In this document: positions 1 to 8,951 of the stretch, one piece after another
Layout: each line of letters begins with the position of its first letter
Position numbering within the stretch: position 1 is the stretch's first letter
From: Deltaproteobacteria bacterium
GTDB taxonomy: Bacteria > Myxococcota_A > UBA9160 > UBA6930
Assembly (NCBI GenBank): GCA_029261795.1
Contig: JAJDAP010000035.1
Coordinates: forward strand, 16,062 to 80,061
Reading direction: 5' to 3'
Length of the DNA stretch: 64,000 nucleotides
Notes under the pieces: generated by a model
Told to the model about the DNA's origin: nothing
Seen by the model: only the letters and a program-made list of their open reading frames with translations
Databases searched by the model: none
Translations under genes and position numbers: made by a program

Positions 1-536
1 TCCTCGAGCAGGGCGCGGTGGTTCACGCGCATGCGCACATCGCCTGAGGCCAGGCCCATGCCGTCGAGCGAAGCGAAGATGGCCGCCATCAGCTCGGCTT
101 CGGCGGTCACCTCGGACGCGCCCCAGATATCCATGTTCCACTGATAGTGCTCGCGGCGGCGGCCCCGGCTCATGCGTTCGTAGCGCCAGCACTGGGGGAT
201 CGAGAACCAGCGGATCGGCAATTTCAAGGACCCTTGGCGCGCCATCACCATGCGCGCGAGCGAAGGTGTGAACTCCGAGCGCAGCGCCAGGTGTCGCCCG
301 TGGAGGTGGAAGTGGTAGAGCTGCTCGACGATCTCCTCACCGGCCTTCCGCATGTAGAGCTCGGCATGCTCGAGGATCGGCGCGTCGACCTCTTCGAAGC
401 CGAATTGCAGCGCGGTCTGTCGCCACTGGCCGAACAACCAGTTCCGGAAGCGCAGCTCCTCGGGATAGAAATCCCGAGTGCCGCGGGGCGGTTGGAGCGA
501 AGTCTTGGACACGGAGCAGTCTCTAGCAGCTGGCAT
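1..536 (-). CDS. hisS: histidine--tRNA ligase, N-terminal part (continues past the left window edge)
   Basis: Reverse-strand translation from the ATG at 536 gives MPAARDCSVSKTSLQPPRGTRDFYPEELRFRNWLFGQWRQTALQFGFEEVDAPILEHAELYMRKAGEEIVEQLYHFHLHGRHLALRSEFTPSLARMV...RWFSIPQCWRYERMSRGRRREHYQWNMDIWG. The class II HisRS motifs are present (GTRDF, RPE/SEFT, W-x-IPQCWRYER). It is absent from the ORF track because it is truncated at the edge. Confidence 0.6.
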   Translation of the reverse strand, partial: MPAARDCSVSKTSLQPPRGTRDFYPEELRFRNWLFGQWRQTALQFGFEEVDAPILEHAELYMRKAGEEIVEQLYHFHLHGRHLALRSEFTPSLARMVMARQGSLKLPIRWFSIPQCWRYERMSRGRRREHYQWNMDIWGASEVTAEAELMAAIFASLDGMGLASGDVRMRVNHRALLE

Positions 537-671
537 CGGGGCGGTCACACGGCGGCGAACGGGCAGGATCCTGCACTCTCCCGTTCAAGGCCGGGCACGG
601 TTCCTCCGACACGCGACCGTCCGGGTGGGAGCTGCTAAACCCCCGCCGGTACAGCGAAAGGAGCGCCCGCC

Positions 672-1952
672 ATGCGGATTCGCCAGAACCTCAAGGTCCT
701 CGTCCCGATCTCTCTGGCCGCGTTGTTGGCGCTGGCCTGTGGCAGCGCGGATGAGCCGGCCTCGAGCCCGAAGCCTGCAGTCGAGGGGCACGCCATCGCC
801 GCGCCGACGACTCCGGCCGATCTGGATCAGGCCCTGCTCGTTGCGATCTCCAAGTTCGAGATGCGGGAAGGCAAGCCGTTTCCGTTGTCGGAACTCCTGG
901 TCCTCTCCCGGACCGGTGGCGAGTGGCAAGCTACGTCCGTCGAGGATCCAGGCAGCAACGTCTTCCACAAGGCGATGGTCTACACCCCGCCCAGCGGGAA
1001 CCCGGCGATCCTGACGCTTGGCGGGATGGCTGCGGCCGTCAAGCTCTGGCGCGTTGGCGAGGAGGGTCTGGCTCCCGTCGAGACGCTCTGGCAGAAGGAT
1101 TTCGGTGGAAAGTTCAGCCGCATGCGCGACGCCGAAGTGGCCGATCTCTACGGCGACGGCATGCCCGCCATCGCGGTCGCGACCCACGACCAGGGCGTCT
1201 TCGCCGTGATCCACCCGAACGCAGACGGAAGTTATGCGGTCGACGAGATGCACCAGGAGGCGAATACCTTCGTCCACGAGATCGAGATTGGCGATCTCGA
1301 CGGCGACGGCGTACTCGAGGTCTACGCCACCCCGAGCGCGCCGAACAAGCTCGACGGCAAACCGCAGCCCGGCAAGGTCGTTCGCTATCTGCCGAAATCC
1401 GGCGATGGACCCGTCGAGGTCGCTGACCTTGGGATGCGTCACGCCAAGGAGATCTACGTCGGCGACGTCGATGGCGACGGCCGCGACGAACTCTACGTAT
1501 CGATCGAAGCGGCCGAAGGCGGGGACCTCGAAATCCGCCGCTACGAAGCCGGGACCGACCCGGCGGCAGGCGCCATCGTCGCGACCCTGGCCGACCCCAT
1601 GTGCCGCTTTCTCACCGTTGGCGACGTCGAAGGGGATGGCGCCAAGGAGATGATCATCGCGGCCAAGGATTCGGGTCTCTGGCTGGCGCGTCCGGGCTCG
1701 GACCCGAACGCGCCCTGGGACGTCAGCCTGGTCGATGCTGATTCCAAGGGCTTCGAGCATGCGTCCTTGCTGGTCGATCTCGATGGCGACGGCCAGGACG
1801 AACTCTACGTGGCCAGCGACGACGCCAAGGAAATCCGTCGCTATGTCTGGAACGGCAGCGCGCTCGTCCGCGAGGTCATCTACAGCCGCAAGAGTCCGCT
1901 CCCGATCCTCACCTGGAACATCATGCCCGTTCCGCTCGAACTCGTGCGCTAG
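672..1952 (+). CDS. FG-GAP/VCBS-repeat secreted (lipo)protein
   Basis: 426 aa with an N-terminal signal peptide whose Cys follows LAALLALAC. Repeated DxDGDG motifs (GDLDGDGVLEVY, GDVDGDGRDELYVS, VDLDGDGQDELYVA) are typical of integrin-alpha FG-GAP repeats. Codon bias is coding-like. Confidence 0.6.
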   Translation: MRIRQNLKVLVPISLAALLALACGSADEPASSPKPAVEGHAIAAPTTPADLDQALLVAISKFEMREGKPFPLSELLVLSRTGGEWQATSVEDPGSNVFHKAMVYTPPSGNPAILTLGGMAAAVKLWRVGEEGLAPVETLWQKDFGGKFSRMRDAEVADLYGDGMPAIAVATHDQGVFAVIHPNADGSYAVDEMHQEANTFVHEIEIGDLDGDGVLEVYATPSAPNKLDGKPQPGKVVRYLPKSGDGPVEVADLGMRHAKEIYVGDVDGDGRDELYVSIEAAEGGDLEIRRYEAGTDPAAGAIVATLADPMCRFLTVGDVEGDGAKEMIIAAKDSGLWLARPGSDPNAPWDVSLVDADSKGFEHASLLVDLDGDGQDELYVASDDAKEIRRYVWNGSALVREVIYSRKSPLPILTWNIMPVPLELVR

Positions 1953-2014
1953 TTCGAGACAACGGACTAAGCTCCTTCCGGGTCACGACATCAAGGTCGG
2001 GCCCGGAAGAGATC

Positions 2015-2461
2015 ATGAGTCTGGATACCGTCTTCCTGATCTGCAACAACGGCGTGCTGCCGGCCTGGTTGCTGCTGGTGCTGGCACCCCGTTGGGTCTG
2101 GACCCAGCGCATCGTGCACGCGCTCTGGATTCCACTGTTGCTCGGCGTCGTCTACGCGACCGGTTTCGTGACCGCGCCTCCGGGGCCCGAAGGTGCCAGC
2201 TTCTTTTCGCTGGAAGGTGTGATGCTCTTCATGAGCCAGCCTCATGGCGCCCTCGTCGGCTGGGTGCACTACCTCGCCTTCGATCTCTTCGTCGGGGCCT
2301 GGGAAGTGCGCGACGCCCAGCGCCGCGACATCCATCACGGGCTGGTGATTCCCTGCTTGCTGCTCACGCTGATGACAGGACCGGTCGGGCTCGGGCTGTA
2401 CGCCATCCTGCGGCTGGCGACCGGGAACGGTGCCGCCCTCTCGCTCGCTAGTCGCGACTAA
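2015..2461 (+). CDS. DUF4281 / ABA4-like small integral membrane protein
   Basis: 148 aa with four predicted hydrophobic helices and a W-x-HYLAFDLFVG-W motif that I recognise from the ABA4-like family. Confidence 0.5.
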   Translation: MSLDTVFLICNNGVLPAWLLLVLAPRWVWTQRIVHALWIPLLLGVVYATGFVTAPPGPEGASFFSLEGVMLFMSQPHGALVGWVHYLAFDLFVGAWEVRDAQRRDIHHGLVIPCLLLTLMTGPVGLGLYAILRLATGNGAALSLASRD

Positions 2462-2479
2462 CCATCCACCCGGCAGGGA

Positions 2480-2993
2480 TCATTGGGCGCTCTCGTCGGT
2501 CGGCTTCCACGTCGCCGGAGATGCCGCAAGGGAGCAGCCGAGCGACTCCAGCGCGCGAGCCCAGGAACCCGCGTCTCGTGGCCCCACGTCGAGCCGCCGA
2601 CCTTGCGCGGTCCAGGTCACGTTCGTGGGAAGCCCCACACCCGAGAGTTCTCTCCACGCCCGGCCGTGGGGATCCCGCAAGACGACCGTGTCGATCTTCT
2701 CGATGTCAAGGAACTCGCGAATCGTTTCGACGTCCTCGCCCACGTTGACGGTCACGACGCGAATGCCAGAAGGGGCGCATGTCTTCGCTGCCTCGGCGAG
2801 GTACGGGAGCTCCTCTACGCACTCCGGACACCAGGTTGCCCAGAAGTGCGCGACGAGTGCGGGCTCGCTGTCGTCTCGTCGAAGCAACATCGAGCTTCCG
2901 TCCAGCGTCTCGAGGCGGACCGGCTCGCTAGCGGTGCAAGGGACCGCGAAGAGCAGGGCCACCACGGCCGTGATCGGGGCTTTCGAGATCAAA
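2480..2993 (-). CDS. TlpA/ResA-like periplasmic thiol-disulfide oxidoreductase (thioredoxin fold)
   Basis: WCPEC (CxxC) active site inside a thioredoxin-like sequence, with a signal/anchor LISKAPITAVVALLFAV at the N-terminus. The likely TTG start at 2993 overlaps the TGA stop of the upstream OMP gene as TTGA. Confidence 0.65.
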
Positions 2994-4032
2994 ACGGAAC
3001 GAACAGGCCCACCGACCAGACCTCCTTCTCGTCCTGGAACCCGTTGAGTGACGACGACGACACCGGAATCTGCACCGCGAGCCGAGCGGAAACCGGATGG
3101 CCAGCGAATTCGAACGGGAGCCGCATTCGCACCGAGGGTGTCGCGTACACGATCGTGCCGCCACTGTCGTCGAATCGTTCGCCTTCGACGCGATCGAAAT
3201 CCGCCCAGCGGAAGTTCAGCTCTCCGCCGATGGTGATCCAATCGAGCGCCGAATTTCCCAGCGCGTGCCCGAGGGGAATCTCGACAGCGGCATTGAGGAG
3301 CACGACGTCGCCGTACTCGTAATCGAGCCCATCGAAGTCAGCCTCTGTGTTCTCGCGGTAGAAGGCACTGGCGTAGAAGGAGCCGGACTCGAAACGATGA
3401 ACGCCGGACACGCCCACTCCGAAGTCCCAGGATCCGGTGCCGGTCTGGAGGTGGGGATCGACGAATCCACCGCGTTCTCGGCTGGTCCGTCCCGTGGGTG
3501 CCTTCAGGAAGAAACGACCCTCGATCGACGTGGATGGGAGGACTTCGCGGTCTCGCCAGAGCACGTAGCTTCCCGTGATCGCGACATCGCCGAGCCCCTT
3601 CAAGCGGTTCGTCTGGCTCTCGCCCTCCTCGATCTCTTCGATCTCGTTGAACGCGATGGGCACGTCCAGTGTCACCGTGAATCGGTCCGTCGGTGTCCAG
3701 GAGAGGAACATGTCGAGGCGTTGGCTTCGGTTGCGTTCCATGCCCGACTCTTCGTGCTCCTCTTCGTGGCCCGGCTCCTCCTCTTCGTGGGGCAGGAGGC
3801 CGCTGTCCTTCCTCCAGCCTTGAAGCTGGATGTAGAGCGAGAGGTCGCCTTCCTGTTGTGCACTGGTGCCATGGGTCGAAAAGACCGGATCGCCTGCGAG
3901 GCAGACTGAACAAGCCTCCGCGGGAAGCGGAGAGCCAAGGGTCAAACAGAACGCGGCGAGACAGGCTGCCGCATAGCATGCGCGTAGCATCGAGGCTCCG
4001 AGAGCGGCAACGCGCATCTGGATCAGACGCAA
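2989..4032 (-). CDS. outer-membrane beta-barrel protein with a His/Glu-rich loop
   Basis: 347 aa with a signal peptide, alternating amphipathic beta-strand pattern and a C-terminal aromatic residue (…GLFVPF), as expected for an OMP. It carries a HEEEEPGHEEEHEES segment. Resemblance to the MetA-pathway/transporter OMP family is tentative. Confidence 0.55.
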   Translation of the reverse strand: MRLIQMRVAALGASMLRACYAAACLAAFCLTLGSPLPAEACSVCLAGDPVFSTHGTSAQQEGDLSLYIQLQGWRKDSGLLPHEEEEPGHEEEHEESGMERNRSQRLDMFLSWTPTDRFTVTLDVPIAFNEIEEIEEGESQTNRLKGLGDVAITGSYVLWRDREVLPSTSIEGRFFLKAPTGRTSRERGGFVDPHLQTGTGSWDFGVGVSGVHRFESGSFYASAFYRENTEADFDGLDYEYGDVVLLNAAVEIPLGHALGNSALDWITIGGELNFRWADFDRVEGERFDDSGGTIVYATPSVRMRLPFEFAGHPVSARLAVQIPVSSSSLNGFQDEKEVWSVGLFVPF

Positions 4033-4094
4033 CGCGGCCGCGAAGAAGTGGGAGGTGGCGCGGTCTTGCGACCGCGGCTGGAACCGTGGGCGAT

Positions 4095-4481
4095 CTACGC
4101 CCAGGGAACGTGGTCGATGCCTGGTCGCGGGGCCTGATCGATCAGGGGTTCGACCTCAGCGAAGGCCGGAGGGGCATCGGCGTCGCCCCGATCACGGGCT
4201 ACGACGGGCAGGAAGTCACCGAGGCGCGGGCTCGATGTGGACGCGCTCGTGCCATCCGAGCAACCGCAGGGGCACGGGGCCTTCACCGTCGTGTGTTCGA
4301 CCTTGTGGCAATCGGGCAACTGCGATGATCGCAGCTCGTGCCCCTCGGTCTCGACATGGGACGACCGCTGCTCGACCCGCAAACGAGCTTGCGCTTCGGC
4401 GTCCGCCGGGCAGGGCAGGATCGTTGCGCCAAGCAGTGAAGAAGCGATTGCCAGGGCCAGGATTCGTTGGGGGATGAACAC
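4095..4481 (-). CDS. small secreted Cys/His-containing protein (unknown function)
   Basis: GTG start at 4481 gives MFIPQRILALAIASSLLGATILPCPADA (a Sec-type signal), then HKVEHTTVKAPCPCGCSDG. It lies immediately upstream of, and co-oriented with, the OMP and TlpA genes. The longer 4095..4649 ORF would run into the repeat element. Confidence 0.35.
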   Translation of the reverse strand: MFIPQRILALAIASSLLGATILPCPADAEAQARLRVEQRSSHVETEGHELRSSQLPDCHKVEHTTVKAPCPCGCSDGTSASTSSPRLGDFLPVVARDRGDADAPPAFAEVEPLIDQAPRPGIDHVPWA

Positions 4482-4559
4482 GCTTCCCGTGACTCTAGGC
4501 AAGTTCCTGGAGCGTTGCAGTCGCCAGGTCCCTGGCCACCGCTCGGAAATGTCGCAGCA

Positions 4560-4745
4560 CTGGAAGAGATCCGGCCCTCTCCTGGACCCCGCTGCCGCTC
4601 CGGGCTGAACCGTCCCCGCGGCCCGACCGGCATCCCTTCGTGTAGGCACCGCTGGTCAGGGCATCCTCGTCCCAAGAAGCCGGCCCGCGAGAGCAATCTG
4701 CGAGCTCTCCTCTGAGAGTCGAGAGCCACCCCACCCCTCAAGACC
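4560..4745. repeat. copy A of a duplicated ~190-nt intergenic element (candidate sRNA or miniature repeat)
   Basis: It aligns at about 80% identity over roughly 186 nt with 41510..41697 in the same orientation. The identical 31-nt core AGAGTCGAGAGCCACCCCACCCCTCAAGACC sits at 4715..4745. Confidence 0.6.
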
Positions 4746-4880
4746 GTTCGCCGCCACGGGAACGCTCGAGAGCTGAAGAATCCCCCCTTGACCGCAGCGC
4801 CCTCAGCGAGCGCCGTGGCACCGAACGGCGGCTGCTCGCTCAGCCGGACGCCTGGCTAGCTCACTCCCTTCCGCTCACGC

Positions 4881-5723
4881 TCATGAGCCGTCCTTTGCGA
4901 GGCGCAGCATGGCATCGAGGGCGATCTCGATGCACTGCTCCATGTTGCGGTCGAGATCGATCTCGCTGGGGCCGGGCCAGGGTGTCTTGTCCGATACGAC
5001 ACAGATGGCGCCTGCGCGAACGCCGAAGAGGCCCGCCAGGGTCAGTGTCACCCCCGCCTCCATCTCCATGTTGAGGACCCGGGCCGCACGCAGATCGCGC
5101 AGCCGCTCGGCGTTCTCGCGCGGCCAGTAGCCGTCGACGCTCATGCCCGCGAGTCCGCCGTCCTCGCTGAGCACGGCGTTGCGCATGTAGAACGCGTCGA
5201 GACTCCAGGTGATGCCGGCCCGGCAGCGCGCCTGGCGTTGGCGCGCGCTCGAAAGGAGCGAGGCCACGATCGCGTGGTCGGCGACGGCCGGGTATTCGGG
5301 GATCACATAGCTGCGACTGGTTCCGTCGTCCCGCACGGCGCCCGTGGTGACCACGAGGTCGCCCACTTCGAGGTCCGGGGCCAGACCCCCGCTGTTCCCG
5401 ATTCGGATGAAGGTGTGGCCGCCGAGCTTCACCAGCTCTTCGAGGATCACGGCGGTGGAGGGCGCTCCGATCCCGGTCGAGGCGACGGTCAGCGGCACGC
5501 CGTCGCGCTCGCCGGTGACGACCCGGTACTCGCGGACGTTGGCCACGACCTCGGCCGTGGCCCAGCGGGCCGCGATCCGGTCCACGCGGTCCGGGTCACC
5601 GCAGATGAATACGTGGGGGGCTACCTGGCCCGCTCGGAGGCCGCTGATCGGCTGGGCGTCACTCACGGGATCCTCCATGAAATCCAATAGATAGAGCGAT
5701 CGGGGAGCCTCGCCCGCGGGCAC
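4881..5723 (-). CDS. nucleoside phosphorylase (PNP/UDP phosphorylase family)
   Basis: Motifs VFICGDPDRVDRIA, STGIGAPS, IRIGNSGGL and MEMEAG match the purine/uridine phosphorylase family fold. The true start may be internal. Confidence 0.6.
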   Translation of the reverse strand: MPAGEAPRSLYLLDFMEDPVSDAQPISGLRAGQVAPHVFICGDPDRVDRIAARWATAEVVANVREYRVVTGERDGVPLTVASTGIGAPSTAVILEELVKLGGHTFIRIGNSGGLAPDLEVGDLVVTTGAVRDDGTSRSYVIPEYPAVADHAIVASLLSSARQRQARCRAGITWSLDAFYMRNAVLSEDGGLAGMSVDGYWPRENAERLRDLRAARVLNMEMEAGVTLTLAGLFGVRAGAICVVSDKTPWPGPSEIDLDRNMEQCIEIALDAMLRLAKDGS

Positions 5724-5987
5724 GATCCGCGCAACCGGCGAGAAGCCGGCGGGCGCGGCGAAATCGACCCACTCAAGTCCCGCGGGCGGACCCCCGACCT
5801 AGCACCCATCCGGTCTCCCAGTAGCGATCGACCCGAGTGCCTGCCAGGCGCCTGGCTTGTCACGGTCCGGGCGGCGGGCTAAGGATGGGCGCCCGATAGC
5901 CCCCATCTCTCGGAAGGATCGAAACCCCAGTGCGAACCTGCGGCGTCCCAGGACGCAAGGTTCGATCAAGCGACCCACGGAGAACAC

Positions 5988-8834
5988 TTGGCCAAGGCAC
6001 TCGTCATCACCGAGAAGCCCAGTGTGGCGCGCGACATCGCGGAGGCGCTGGGCGGCTTCACCGAGCACGACGGTTATTGGGAGTCCGACGAGTACGTCGT
6101 GACCTTCGCTGTCGGCCACCTGTTCGAGCTGCTCTCGCCCGAAGAAGTCGACGAGAAGTTCAAGCGCTGGACCCTGGACGTACTGCCGATCATCCCCGAG
6201 CGCTTCGAACTCAAGAAGAAGAAGGGGCACAGCGATCGGATCCGCACCATCAAGAACCTGGTCGAGCGCGATGATGTCGATCGGGTGGTGAATGCCTGCG
6301 ATGCCGGGCGCGAAGGCGAGCTGATCTTCCGCGAGGTGGTGCGCTTCCTCGGGGTCGAGAAGCCCGTCGATCGGCTCTGGCTCCAGTCGATGACCACGAA
6401 GTCGATCCAGAAGGGCTTCGGCAGCCTGATCCCGGGCGCCGACATGGAGGGCCTGGCCCAGGCCGCCGAGTGTCGCGCCCAGACCGACTGGTTGATCGGC
6501 ATGAACGCCACCCGGGCCATCACCAAGCGGCTGAAGAGCCGCAAGGAGAAGACCTCCTGGAGCGCTGGTCGCGTGCAGACGCCGACCCTGGCACTGCTCG
6601 TCGACAAGGAGTTCGAAGTCCTGGCGCACGTGCCCGAGGCTTTCTTCAAGGTGACCGCGAGCTTCGATAACGCCGGCTCGAAGTACGAGGGGACCTGGTT
6701 CGACGCGAACTTCAAGGCCGCCGATGAAGATCAGAAGAAGGACGACCGGATCTTCGACGGGGAGCGCGCCCGGGCGATCGTGGCCGCCGTCGATGGGCAG
6801 CCGGGTGCGGCGAGCGAGACGCGCAAGCCTTCCCGCGAGAGTGCGCCGACGTTGTTCGATCTGACGTCGCTCCAGAGAGAGGGCAACCGCCGCTTCGGCT
6901 GGAGTGCGCGGAGGACCCTGGGCGCCGCCCAGCGATGCTACGAGCGCCACAAGCTGCTCACCTATCCGCGTACCGATTCGAAGTGCCTGCCCGACGACTA
7001 CCGAACGACGGTGGACGAAGTCCTGGCGAACCTGGCCAGCACGAAGTCGGTCGCCATGGCCGACTACGCGCCTGCGGCGCAGCGCCTGATCGACCAGGGC
7101 CGCGAGAACGAAGCCAAGATCTTCAACGATGCCGGTGTCTCGGATCACTTTGCGATCATTCCCACCGGCAATGTTCCCGAGCGCGAACTGACCGGAGATG
7201 ACAAGCGCCTGTTCGATCTCGTGATGCGCCGTTTCCTCGGCGCCTTCCACCCGCCCGCGTTGTGGGAGCGCGTCGAACGCACGACGGATGTATCCGGCGA
7301 GAAGTTCCGAACCCGGACCCGCGCTCTGATGGAATCGGGCTGGCGCTCGGTCTTGCCGCTGGCCGACGACGAGGAAGCTCCGCAACCGCTGCCGGCATTG
7401 GCTGCAGGCGAGTCCGAGGCGACTGACGTCCCGGTCGGACCCGGTGAGGTGATCCTCGACGAGCAGGAAACCAAGCCGCCGCCCCGGATCACGGAGGCAC
7501 GGCTGCTCTCGCTGATGGAGAACGCCGGCAAGTCGATCGAGGACGAGGATCTCGCCGCGGTGATGCGCGAGAAAGGCCTCGGTACGCCGGCTACCCGGGC
7601 GGACGTGATCGAGAACCTGATCTCCAAGAGTTACGTCGTCCGCGTCGGCAAGGCGCTGCGACCCACGGTAAAGGGCATTCGCCTGATCGATACGCTGAAG
7701 CGGATCCACATCGATCGGCTGGCGTCGGCGGCACTGACCGGTGAGATCGAACAGCACCTGGCCGCCGTCGAGAGCGGCGAGCGCACGGCCGAGGACTTCA
7801 TCAATGAGATGAAGCAGTACGCAACCGACATCGTCGAGGTGGCGCGCACCTTCGAGTACACCGATCTCTACACCGACGTCCCCTCGTTGGGGCCGTGCCC
7901 TTCCTGCGGCAAGCCCGTGATCGAGATGGCCTGGTTCTATCGCTGTGAAGTCGAACCCGAGATCGATCGCACCGATGCCGACTGCCCGATGCGCTTCTGG
8001 AAGGACACCTCGGGGCGTTATCTCGACCGCGACGCAGTCCGCGCGCTGATCAAGGACGGGAAGACGCCGATCCTGGATGGCTTCACGGCGCGCAACGGTC
8101 GCACCTACCGCGGCACCATCGAACTGGACACCGAAGAGTGGAAGCTCAAGGTCCAGTCCGAGGGTTGGAACGAGGACGGCGGCTACCAACTCCCCGAGTA
8201 CGAAATGAACGCGGAGCCGCTGGCGCCGTGTCCGTTCAGCGAGAACGAGTGCCGGGTCATTGAGACGCCCACGCACTTCCTGTGCACGACCCAGCTGGCC
8301 TTCGAGAATTCCCAGAACGCCTGGCGGGCCGCCAAGAAGCTGGCGCGAGAACTCGCCGAAAAGCAGCCGACGAAGCCCGACAAGCCCGATCACATGGGCT
8401 TCATCTTCCCGCGCACGGTCTGCAAGCGCGAGATCACCCGCGACGAGGCCGAGTACTACCTGGCCAACGGCAAGACTGAAGTGCTCGAGGATTTCACCTC
8501 GCGCTTCGGCCGGCCGTTCTCGGCGAGCCTGGTCCTGAAGGAAACCGGCCGACACGGCTTCGAGTTCCCACCCCGCAAGAAGAAGGGCGAGGACGGCGAT
8601 GGCGAGACGGGCGGCGCCGGCGCCAAGAAGACGACGCGCAAGAAGACCACGAAGAAAGCCACGAAGAAGAAGACCACGCGCAAGAAGGTCGCCGCGAAGA
8701 AGACCCGCAAGAAGGCGACCAAGAAGGCGGCCAGCAAGGCCACGAAGAAGGCCGCTGGCCCGCGCAAGAGAGCGGCCCGGGCGAGCGCGCCCTCCGCCGA
8801 TAAGCCCGCAGACGAGCCCGCGGCTTCGGACTAG
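5988..8834 (+). CDS. topB: DNA topoisomerase III with zinc-ribbon domains and a Lys-rich H1-like C-terminal tail
   Basis: 948 aa with an N-terminal TOPRIM (MAKALVITEKPSVARDIA…CDAGREGE) and an active-site region LTYPRTDSKCLPDDY. A C4 zinc ribbon (CPSCGKPVIEMAWFYRCE) is followed by a roughly 80-aa K/T/A-rich tail (KKTTRKKTTKKATKKKTTRKKVAAKKTRKKATKKAASKATKKAAGPRKRAAR). The antisense 918-aa ORF is R/G-rich and spurious. Confidence 0.85.
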   Translation: MAKALVITEKPSVARDIAEALGGFTEHDGYWESDEYVVTFAVGHLFELLSPEEVDEKFKRWTLDVLPIIPERFELKKKKGHSDRIRTIKNLVERDDVDRVVNACDAGREGELIFREVVRFLGVEKPVDRLWLQSMTTKSIQKGFGSLIPGADMEGLAQAAECRAQTDWLIGMNATRAITKRLKSRKEKTSWSAGRVQTPTLALLVDKEFEVLAHVPEAFFKVTASFDNAGSKYEGTWFDANFKAADEDQKKDDRIFDGERARAIVAAVDGQPGAASETRKPSRESAPTLFDLTSLQREGNRRFGWSARRTLGAAQRCYERHKLLTYPRTDSKCLPDDYRTTVDEVLANLASTKSVAMADYAPAAQRLIDQGRENEAKIFNDAGVSDHFAIIPTGNVPERELTGDDKRLFDLVMRRFLGAFHPPALWERVERTTDVSGEKFRTRTRALMESGWRSVLPLADDEEAPQPLPALAAGESEATDVPVGPGEVILDEQETKPPPRITEARLLSLMENAGKSIEDEDLAAVMREKGLGTPATRADVIENLISKSYVVRVGKALRPTVKGIRLIDTLKRIHIDRLASAALTGEIEQHLAAVESGERTAEDFINEMKQYATDIVEVARTFEYTDLYTDVPSLGPCPSCGKPVIEMAWFYRCEVEPEIDRTDADCPMRFWKDTSGRYLDRDAVRALIKDGKTPILDGFTARNGRTYRGTIELDTEEWKLKVQSEGWNEDGGYQLPEYEMNAEPLAPCPFSENECRVIETPTHFLCTTQLAFENSQNAWRAAKKLARELAEKQPTKPDKPDHMGFIFPRTVCKREITRDEAEYYLANGKTEVLEDFTSRFGRPFSASLVLKETGRHGFEFPPRKKKGEDGDGETGGAGAKKTTRKKTTKKATKKKTTRKKVAAKKTRKKATKKAASKATKKAAGPRKRAARASAPSADKPADEPAASD

Positions 8835-8951
8835 CGTCCTCGCGACCGGGTCCCTGGGCCCGGCTCGGGCCTTCGCTGGCCAGGACCAGCGCCGACGCCT
8901 TGCGCGACGGCTCCGGCCCGACGACGCTTCCGGTGTGCAAGGAAGCTCGAC

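Noticed and set aside
5799-8555. 918-aa minus-strand ORF
   Set aside because: It is entirely antisense to topB and has an R/G/L-rich composition with no motifs. It is a typical high-GC shadow ORF.
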